Below are positions 9,056 through 15,846 of a stretch of DNA of 24,000 bases, piece after piece. The stretch's first letter is position 1, and every line of letters starts with the position of its first letter. The notes under the pieces are model-generated. The model ran no database searches, was not told the origin of the DNA, and saw nothing but the letters and a program-made list of their open reading frames with translations. The stretch comes from Myxosarcina sp. GA_180221_E-2-1-MAG-40_15. Lineage in GTDB: Bacteria; Cyanobacteriota; Cyanobacteriia; Cyanobacteriales; Xenococcaceae. The position numbers and the translations under genes were made by a program. The stretch is from positions 594 through 24,593 of the forward strand of contig JAIMKV010000018.1 of the NCBI GenBank assembly GCA_020692205.1. The letters are read 5' to 3'.

Positions 9056-11182
9056 ATGATTAATAATATAGTTAATGTTATATTTTGTTTGACTGTTGTT
9101 GGAATGGCAATTTGGATTGGGATCAAGGAACGAAAATTTTCAAGTGATTATCAAAATAAAGATTTTGTCGTAGTTAAGAACTCTATCAAAGAGTTAACAG
9201 AATACAAACGAGAACCAAGAAATAATTTTATACAAGTTCAAAAAGAATCGACTGAAATTATCAGATGGCTTGCTCAACATCTCAAAGGAGAATCCAGGTC
9301 ATTAGCTTTCAAGCCAGAACAAGATAAAAATGGCGATTTTATTTTACTTTCCTACCCATCTATTCTAGGAAAACCCGTACCTCGAAGTCCTGTTAGCTTT
9401 GCTCCTGCTTTATTAACCGCAATTGGTATTCTAGGAACTTTTACTGGTATCTTCTTGGGTTTACAAGGAGTAGATTTAGGGAATCTTAGCGAAACTCAAG
9501 CACTGATAGAAGCTAGTCAAAAGCTATTAGCAGGAATGAAAACAGCTTTTGTGACTTCTTTATTTGGGATGGGTGCTGCTATCTTTTTTATTTTATATTT
9601 ATCTTGGAAAGAGAGAAAACGTACTAAAATTCGCAATGATTGGCGTAAAAAACTAAGTAACATTGCTTTTGTAGAAAGTCCTAATCATCTTTTATCTCGT
9701 TTAGATAATGAAGGAAATATAAAAGTTGCTAAAACACTTCAGAGTGTAGCTGATAATTTATCTGGTTTTAATGCTGATGTAATTGCAAATGCCATTAAAA
9801 ATGCGATCGCGCCAATAGTTTCAGAAATAAAATATTTAGAAAAAATTGATCGACTGATAGATAATACATCAAGTTTATCTGATTTAACTCCTAAGGCGAT
9901 CGCCTCTGCAACAACGGATAAATTTACACAATTAATTAATCCCATTTCTCAAGAAATAAAACAACTTCGAGAACTTCAAGAAAGTCAGGGACAAACTGTC
10001 GAAACTTTAGTTAAACAACTGCGTAACGAGTTGATTGAACCTGTTGTTATTAGATTAGATCAAAGCGCAGCATTAACCAAAGAAGCGTCCGCAGCAGTAA
10101 CAGATTTGAAAAATGAATTAGGCGGTATTAGCCAAAATTTAGCAGGTGCGGTAGAAACCATTCAAAGTTTCCAACAAGATACTCTAATTCGTCTTCAAGA
10201 ATTTGCTGCTAACTTACAATCTATTCTCGGTCAATTCCGTACCGATACTCAAGGAGTAATGGAACAAGTTGCTGTAGAAATTCAGCAAGCAGTCAACCAA
10301 AGCATTACAGGAATGGAAGCACAACGTACTGCCTTTGAAGCTAGCGCAAGTCAAGCATCCCAAACTTTTAGAGGAATTAGAGAAGACTTACAAGCAGCAC
10401 TTGATACCCAAGCCGAACAGCAAAAACAAATGTTACATGATGTTCAAACCTCTACGGAAAGCGTTCTAGTTAAAGCTAACGAAGCCTTCTTGAATCAGTC
10501 TAATACTCTAGTAACAGTAGGAAAAGAAGCTTCGGGATTAATGAGCGAAGCTAAAGCTAATTTTCTTGGCACATTAAGCAATATTGACGGAATGCTGCAA
10601 AATACTCGTCTTACAGTCCAACAGGAATTAGAACAATTCCGTCTTGACTATCAAGCAGCGTTGCAAGATTTCTTTACCCAGCAGAATAATCTACTGAACG
10701 ACACCTTAGGAGAACAAAGAGAAGGGTTAGCAGGGGTTGTAGTTAATCTACAGCAAACATTTAGTGAAGAAGCAACACAACGAAAAGAAATGACTACACA
10801 AGTAGACCAGAGTTTAGACCGAATCGGGGAAACCGTCAAAACTGTAAATACTTTAGCTAGTGCAATGGGAATGACTTCTAGTGAACGTTTGGGTCAATTA
10901 CAAGAATTAGCACGAACTATTGGTAATGAAGCACATCGTGTAGAACATAGTTATCAAAGTATGACTGAACAGTTTAATAAAGCTCTATTAGATGGCAACG
11001 AAAAGCTAAATGACTACCTCAAACAAGCTGATGAAACTTATACCAGAAGTATACAAGATGCAGATAAAGCTGCCGCTGAAGTCTGTACCAAGTTAAACGA
11101 AACTTCTCACGGTTTGATGAATACAGCAGAGTTTTTAGTATCTGCTGCCACAGAACTAAAGAATAGTAATGGAGGTAAGTAA
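9056..11182 (+). CDS. zorA: ZorA-like protein: MotA/ExbB-type proton-channel domain plus ~525-aa helical tail
   Basis: Three hydrophobic helices (aa ~5-23, ~113-136, ~160-183). The last two carry MotA/ExbB-like motifs (LLTAIGILGTFTGIFLGL; MKTAFVTSLFGMGAAIFF). Residues ~184-708 are Q/E/A/T/L-rich with no further TM, consistent with a long coiled-coil. Size and architecture match ZorA as I know it from type I Zorya, and a MotB/OmpA-like gene follows 2 nt later. Confidence 0.72.
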   Translation: MINNIVNVIFCLTVVGMAIWIGIKERKFSSDYQNKDFVVVKNSIKELTEYKREPRNNFIQVQKESTEIIRWLAQHLKGESRSLAFKPEQDKNGDFILLSYPSILGKPVPRSPVSFAPALLTAIGILGTFTGIFLGLQGVDLGNLSETQALIEASQKLLAGMKTAFVTSLFGMGAAIFFILYLSWKERKRTKIRNDWRKKLSNIAFVESPNHLLSRLDNEGNIKVAKTLQSVADNLSGFNADVIANAIKNAIAPIVSEIKYLEKIDRLIDNTSSLSDLTPKAIASATTDKFTQLINPISQEIKQLRELQESQGQTVETLVKQLRNELIEPVVIRLDQSAALTKEASAAVTDLKNELGGISQNLAGAVETIQSFQQDTLIRLQEFAANLQSILGQFRTDTQGVMEQVAVEIQQAVNQSITGMEAQRTAFEASASQASQTFRGIREDLQAALDTQAEQQKQMLHDVQTSTESVLVKANEAFLNQSNTLVTVGKEASGLMSEAKANFLGTLSNIDGMLQNTRLTVQQELEQFRLDYQAALQDFFTQQNNLLNDTLGEQREGLAGVVVNLQQTFSEEATQRKEMTTQVDQSLDRIGETVKTVNTLASAMGMTSSERLGQLQELARTIGNEAHRVEHSYQSMTEQFNKALLDGNEKLNDYLKQADETYTRSIQDADKAAAEVCTKLNETSHGLMNTAEFLVSAATELKNSNGGK

Positions 11183-11184
11183 TT

Positions 11185-11886
11185 ATGAACTCTTTTGAAC
11201 AATTTGAACCAGATACAGAAGCAGAAGAAGATAACTCAGGTATTTGGTTATCTATCAGTGATTTGATGTCAGGGTTATTAATGTTTTTCGCTTTGTTATT
11301 TATTGTCGTACAAGTTCAGCTTCAGCAGGAAATAGTTAAAGCGCAAAGACTAGAAAGAGAACTAGAAACTTATAAAAGAGTAATCGATCAATTACCTTTA
11401 AGAATAATTAGTGCAATCGAAGGTAAATTCGGAGAAGGTATTCTGGAAATCGATCCAAAAACAGGAGATGTAAAAATAGGCGATCGCATTCTTTTTGATG
11501 AGGGAAGTGCAGAATTAAAACCCGCAGGAAAACAGTTTCTTAAAAGATTTATTCCTATTTATAGTGATGTAATTTTCTCCGATAAACTTTTTGAAAGTCA
11601 GATCACTCGTGTAGTGATAGAAGGTCACACTAGTTCTAAAGGTTCTGATAAAGCTAACATGGAATTAAGTCTCAGACGTGCTTTATCGGTATCTGATTAT
11701 ATTTTTTCTGAACAACTTAATTTCAAAACAAAACAAAAATTTCAGCAAAAAATTCTGGCATCTGGAAGAGGCGAAATAGATGCAGACAAGAGTAAAGATA
11801 ATTCAAGCGATCGCAAAGTTGTTTTCCGTTTTCAATTCCGACAAGTAAACTTTGATGATTTAGAGAAAGATATTGTCAAACCATAA
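11185..11886 (+). CDS. zorB: ZorB-like protein: MotB-type TM plug with conserved Asp plus OmpA-like peptidoglycan-binding domain
   Basis: A single N-terminal TM, GIWLSISDLMSGLLMFFALLFIVV, has Asp26 (nt 11260-11262) at the position of the MotB/ExbD/TolR proton-relay Asp. C-terminal OmpA_C pattern: ILFDEGSAELKPAG...VVIEGHTSSKGSDKANMELSLRRALSVSDYI...ASGRGE...DRKVVFRF. A GGAGG RBS lies inside the zorA 3' end, suggesting translational coupling. Confidence 0.8.
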   Translation: MNSFEQFEPDTEAEEDNSGIWLSISDLMSGLLMFFALLFIVVQVQLQQEIVKAQRLERELETYKRVIDQLPLRIISAIEGKFGEGILEIDPKTGDVKIGDRILFDEGSAELKPAGKQFLKRFIPIYSDVIFSDKLFESQITRVVIEGHTSSKGSDKANMELSLRRALSVSDYIFSEQLNFKTKQKFQQKILASGRGEIDADKSKDNSSDRKVVFRFQFRQVNFDDLEKDIVKP

Positions 11887-11894
11887 CTATAAAA

Positions 11895-13385
11895 ATGAAT
11901 ATTCAATTTCGTAAAATACATTTACCTCCACTTCCAAAAGTTAATGCTCATGCTCTAACTAAGTTAGTAGGAAACGACAATAATGGCTTAATGACTCCAG
12001 TTTTACCTATTGGCGTATCTAAAAGCCAAATTGTTTCTCGTTCTAATTTAGATGAAATTATTGAAGATATTGAAAATGGCAACAATAAGAAGATCACACC
12101 TTTAGAATGGATTCACTGTCTTTATAACAAAGATAAATGGGATGCCAAAAACCCAAACAAAAGTATATCTACATCGGAAGCAATTTGGAAAGCAGCAGAA
12201 CAAAATACTTGGTTAAAACAAAGATTATTTTGGAACTTAGTTCTTAATTACGATGGTCAAAAAGTTTTGGCTTCGTCTTTAGTAAAAACTTATTCTGTGT
12301 TTTCATCTCAAGATGCGAGAGACAGAATGAGATTATTGATAATTAAATCTTTTCAATTAGAAAAGCCAATGATTGGGTTAATCAAACTATGTTGTAGGCA
12401 ATTATTGACTCCGCGTGAACTATTTTTTCAACATCAGCTTCCTAGCAAAATTCTTATTATTAAAGAATGCTTAACTCTTGTTGTTTCTCAATTTTCTAAA
12501 ATTACTTCTCCCAATCAGCAACAAGTTGATTGGCTGTTAAGATGCCTTGAAGAAATGAGTCAAGAACAACAAATTAAAGCCGTAGAATCTTTGCTTACTT
12601 TAGTCGATCCTCAAGTTGGTACAAAACACTCAGAAATAATTGATTGGTTGCGTCAATATTATGCTTCTTCTAACTCTAACTCTCGTTGGAATGAACTGTC
12701 TTCAGAAGCTAAAGCAGCAATGCGAAAATGGCTTGGTGCAGTCAGTTATCAAGATTTCCAAAAATTAGCAAATCTTGTTTTGGATCGAGTACGCTTAGAA
12801 GACCACGAACATAGACGATTAAAAAGCCGTAGTGGATTTTGGTCAAACTATAGCGATCGCTTTGAACGTATTCGTATATTATTACCTAAAAGTTCAGTCA
12901 ATATTTTAGGCAATTACCTTAATCATCAAGATGTCAGTATCTTACTAAATGATGGCAGCGATTCGACTGAAGTATGCATCTTTGATTTTGGAAACTGGTT
13001 CTTAGTAGAGTTTTTTAGAGGTAATGGTAGCGAAACTCGGATTTTCAGAAAAGATACTGAAAGTGAACAAAAACTATTTCACTCTCAATTATCAATTAAA
13101 AAACTTCGTTGCTTAGATTCAAATAATGGAATTCACGATCATGAATTTTGCTGGCAATATTTTTGTGAACAATTGTTGAGAACTAAAAATATTTTTCCTA
13201 ATAAAAATATTCAGTACTTTAAAGGCTTATCTGATGAACATGGCAAATACAACCGACAAACAGGATTACCAAAACCATCATCAAACGACTTATCAAAGCG
13301 AAAGTATAAAGTAGAAAGATGGAAGCAAACAATGGTTCAGTTAGAACAAGAAGCAAAACAGTATTGCGACTACAATCAAACATGA
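11895..13385 (+). CDS. zorC: ZorC-like protein (tentative EH-signature domain)
   Basis: 496-aa soluble ORF starting 8 nt after zorB, the position ZorC occupies in type I Zorya. The C-terminal half has features I associate with the EH_Signature family: RSGFWSNYSDRFERIRILL, FGNWFLVEFFRG (Glu372) and GIHDHEFCWQYF (His414/His416) about 42-44 residues later. This rests on memory of the family, not an HMM score. Confidence 0.5.
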   Translation: MNIQFRKIHLPPLPKVNAHALTKLVGNDNNGLMTPVLPIGVSKSQIVSRSNLDEIIEDIENGNNKKITPLEWIHCLYNKDKWDAKNPNKSISTSEAIWKAAEQNTWLKQRLFWNLVLNYDGQKVLASSLVKTYSVFSSQDARDRMRLLIIKSFQLEKPMIGLIKLCCRQLLTPRELFFQHQLPSKILIIKECLTLVVSQFSKITSPNQQQVDWLLRCLEEMSQEQQIKAVESLLTLVDPQVGTKHSEIIDWLRQYYASSNSNSRWNELSSEAKAAMRKWLGAVSYQDFQKLANLVLDRVRLEDHEHRRLKSRSGFWSNYSDRFERIRILLPKSSVNILGNYLNHQDVSILLNDGSDSTEVCIFDFGNWFLVEFFRGNGSETRIFRKDTESEQKLFHSQLSIKKLRCLDSNNGIHDHEFCWQYFCEQLLRTKNIFPNKNIQYFKGLSDEHGKYNRQTGLPKPSSNDLSKRKYKVERWKQTMVQLEQEAKQYCDYNQT

Positions 13386-13420
13386 TCTTGACTTTTTTGA
13401 AGAATCTTAATCGAACTTAG

Positions 13421-13501
13421 ATATTGAAAAATTATTGGAACTATATGCTGGTTTATAACCCTGAAGTAGGAAAATTATTTAAGCAGATCAGTGAACAGTG
13501 A
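13421..13501 (+). pseudogene. Displaced 3'-terminal remnant of the slt gene
   Basis: The frame opens right after a TAG (13418-13420) and reads ILKNYWNYMLVYNPEVGKLFKQISEQ*. Codon for codon it parallels the slt C-terminus VFENYWNYLLVYNPEVGKLFKDLRTE*. Both have the same number of codons to the stop, but the last six codons differ. Confidence 0.7.
13430..13482 (+). repeat. Direct repeat copy 2 (right boundary of the insertion)
   Basis: AATTATTGGAACTATATGCTGGTTTATAACCCTGAAGTAGGAAAATTATTTAA matches copy 1 (8373-8425) at 49 of 53 nt. Confidence 0.85.
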
Positions 13502-13529
13502 ACGCAAATAACTTTCTCTAGCTTAAATA

Positions 13530-15230
13530 ATGGTCAAAATCATCAAACAGACAGCATCAATGCAGACGAGAGATCGCGTTAGATTAGATGCAGATATCTA
13601 TCGTCCTGACACGGATGAGAAATTACCGATTCTGTTGATGCGCCAGCCTTACGGTAGAGAAATTGCCTCGACGGTGGTTTATGCTCATCCTCGTTGGTAT
13701 GCAGCCCAAGGTTACATAGTGGTGATTCAAGATGTGCGGGGTAGAGGAACATCTCAAGGTGAGTTCGATCTGTTTACCCACGAGGTTACTGATGGTTTAG
13801 ATACGATCGACTGGGTGTCTCAATTACCTGGCAGTACAGGAAAAGTAGGAATGTACGGTTTTTCTTATCAGGGAATGACACAGCTATATACCGCAGCGCA
13901 TCAGCCAGAATGTTTAAAGGCGATCGCTCCTGCTATGGTAGCCTACGATCTTTATACTGATTGGGCTTATGAAAATGGAGCATTTTGCCTGTTTGCCAAT
14001 TTAGCCTGGGCAATTCAACTAGCGGGGGAAACAGCACGTCTTCAAGGAGATGAAGCAGCTTATTTAGAATTACGCGCTGCTTCTCGTAATTTGCCGTTAA
14101 ATGGCTCGATTCCTGCCAATCCCGAACTGATGAGAAAACTAGCTCCCAACTCTTTTTATCACCAATGGTTAAATAACCCTAATCCCAATACGGAATATTG
14201 GCAACAGCGATCGCCAAAATATTTTTTAGCCAACGTAGATCTTCCCATGCTGCACATTGGCGGATGGTTCGACCCTTATTTACGGGGAACATTAAATCTC
14301 TATCAGGCAATGGTAGCTCAAACTAAGCAACCCCAACATCTTTTAGTTGGACCTTGGGCGCATCTCCCTTGGGGTAGAAAACTGGGTGCAGTTGACTATG
14401 GTATTGAAGCGCAAAATCCCATTGATGATATTCAAATTCGCTGGTTCAATCATTGGCTTAAAGATCAAGATACAGGACTACTGCAAGAAGCACCGCTGTC
14501 TCTATTTGAAATGGGCAGTAACCAATGGCGAGAATTTGATAGTTTACCTGACAATCAGCAAATTTATTACTTAGCTAGTGATGGACAAGCCAGTATTAGA
14601 GAAGATAGCGGCATGCTTTGGAAGTATGAAGCGACGCTCAATATTTCTCCTCATGAGTTATTAGATACCAATCTTAGTCAAACGATTATAGAATTTGAGC
14701 CTAATACAGATATTTTAGTTCATGATCCTTGGCGACCAGTACCCGCACTAGGAGGTCATTCTGCCTATCCTAGCGGCTCGTTTGACCGTTCTGCTTTAGA
14801 CTGTCGTTCAGATGTCTTAACCTATACTTCTGCTCCTTTAGAATCAGATTTACACCTCGCAGGAGCGATAACGTTAGAAATCTATTGCACTGCGGAAAAT
14901 TCTAGTTTCGATCTTTGTGCTGTTCTGTCTACGGTTAACTCAGACAATGCCGTGTTTAATTTTACTCAGGGTTATATTCGCGTAGTTACCTCGGATTTAA
15001 ATACCAACCTAATTAAAATTCCTTTGCAGGCTACCTGTATGTGTATTGCAGCAGGGAAGAGCTTGCGTCTTAGTCTAAGTGCCGCCTGCTTTCCTGCCTA
15101 TCCCGTCAATCCTGGTAATGGCAAACTAGCTTACGAATCACGTTTGCTCGATGAGTCGGTAATCACCTTATTAATCCATTCAGGAGACAACCACCCATCA
15201 AGATTAATGATGAACTTCTCGACTAAATGA
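13530..15230 (+). CDS. CocE/NonD-family alpha/beta hydrolase (X-Pro dipeptidyl-peptidase S15-like)
   Basis: 566 aa. Motifs: PILLMRQPYGR, VVIQDVRGRGTSQGEF, nucleophile elbow GMYGFSYQG, plus a C-terminal beta-rich domain typical of the family. Confidence 0.82.
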   Translation: MVKIIKQTASMQTRDRVRLDADIYRPDTDEKLPILLMRQPYGREIASTVVYAHPRWYAAQGYIVVIQDVRGRGTSQGEFDLFTHEVTDGLDTIDWVSQLPGSTGKVGMYGFSYQGMTQLYTAAHQPECLKAIAPAMVAYDLYTDWAYENGAFCLFANLAWAIQLAGETARLQGDEAAYLELRAASRNLPLNGSIPANPELMRKLAPNSFYHQWLNNPNPNTEYWQQRSPKYFLANVDLPMLHIGGWFDPYLRGTLNLYQAMVAQTKQPQHLLVGPWAHLPWGRKLGAVDYGIEAQNPIDDIQIRWFNHWLKDQDTGLLQEAPLSLFEMGSNQWREFDSLPDNQQIYYLASDGQASIREDSGMLWKYEATLNISPHELLDTNLSQTIIEFEPNTDILVHDPWRPVPALGGHSAYPSGSFDRSALDCRSDVLTYTSAPLESDLHLAGAITLEIYCTAENSSFDLCAVLSTVNSDNAVFNFTQGYIRVVTSDLNTNLIKIPLQATCMCIAAGKSLRLSLSAACFPAYPVNPGNGKLAYESRLLDESVITLLIHSGDNHPSRLMMNFSTK

Positions 15231-15355
15231 AAACGGAAAAGATAACTTATCTGAAATAAGATCTCCCTAGCAGTCAAACCTACAAAAATTAATACTTACT
15301 TGCTAGCCAAGACATTCTGCATATTTGATTCAAAAGTAATGATGAAAAATATGAA

Positions 15356-15413
15356 AGAGAGGAAACACCAGAATATTGAATAACTAAAACGTTTGTTTCA
15401 CTGCCTCCTCTCT
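15356..15413. terminator. Imperfect long hairpin between convergent genes (candidate terminator)
   Basis: AGAGAGGAAACA (15356-15367) pairs with TGTTTC (15394-15399) and TCCTCTCT (15406-15413), with a bulge. On the - strand it is followed by TTCATATTTTT and lies just after the lipoprotein gene stop. The loop is long and AT-rich. Confidence 0.25.
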
Positions 15414-15424
15414 AATCAAATCAA

Positions 15425-15586
15425 TTATTGACCAGCATCAGGAGCTGGTTCAGCACCAGGAGTTGGTTCAGCACCAGGGGCTGGGTCAGTAGCAGGATCT
15501 CCTGTTTCTGGGGTGGCACAAGAAGTTACCAAGCCGAGGCTTAAAATAAAAGCAGCAAACAAAGTTCCTAAATATTTGATTTTCAT
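15425..15586 (-). CDS. Small secreted lipoprotein with Pro/Ala/Glu tandem repeat
   Basis: My own translation (not in the track) gives MKIKYLGTLFAAFILSLGLVTSCATPETGDPATDPAPGAEPTPGAEPAPDAGQ*. An AGGAG RBS lies ~7 nt upstream. There is a signal peptide with lipobox V-T-S-C, then an 18-nt tandem repeat encoding PGAEP(T/A). Confidence 0.6.
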   Translation of the reverse strand: MKIKYLGTLFAAFILSLGLVTSCATPETGDPATDPAPGAEPTPGAEPAPDAGQ

Positions 15587-15846
15587 GTTTTTCTCCTAGT
15601 GAAAACTTAAGTTGAAATTATTTTACTGAAGCAAATTATCTAGTTGCTCTTAGTACACGGTTAATTTAACCAAACAGATGAAAATTTTCTGATAAGGCAT
15701 CATTAAAATCAATCAAACTTAATTAAATCTTTATGTTGCACTAGTAGATTTGACAAGAGTTTGATAAATTTACTGAAAACGCTCCGTAGAACGTCTTCTT
15801 TTTATTTAAAATATAATTAAATATTAAGAAATATAAATTTAGTTAT

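Larger units (their letters stand above)
8445..13429 (+). other. ~5 kb inserted accessory island carrying a Zorya-like operon
   Basis: The segment is bounded by the direct repeat of the slt 3' end. It contains only the four co-oriented island genes, and no integrase or transposase ORF appears in any frame of the track. Ordinary housekeeping genes lie immediately outside both repeat copies. Confidence 0.65.

Noticed and set aside
9739-10839. Antisense track ORFs 9739-9945(-) and 10651-10839(-) inside zorA
   Set aside because: They are short, lie antisense to a well-supported long ORF, and have no motifs or RBS.
9056-11886. Reading the MotA/MotB-like pair as a flagellar stator, or as TolQR/ExbBD
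   Set aside because: Cyanobacteria lack flagella. TolR/ExbD lack an OmpA-type PG-binding domain. MotA/TolQ/ExbB lack a ~525-aa tail. The pair also sits on a small inserted island next to a ZorC-like gene rather than with tol-pal or tonB genes.
8445-13429. Integrase, transposase, IS ends or terminal inverted repeats in the island
   Set aside because: I looked for recombinase-like ORFs in the six-frame track and for inverted repeats at the inner island ends and found none. I therefore do not call it an IS, transposon or prophage.
13530-15230. CocE/NonD hydrolase as the missing Zorya effector
   Set aside because: It lies outside the repeat-bounded island, beyond the displaced slt remnant, and is a typical housekeeping-type hydrolase. 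It is most likely the original downstream neighbour of slt.
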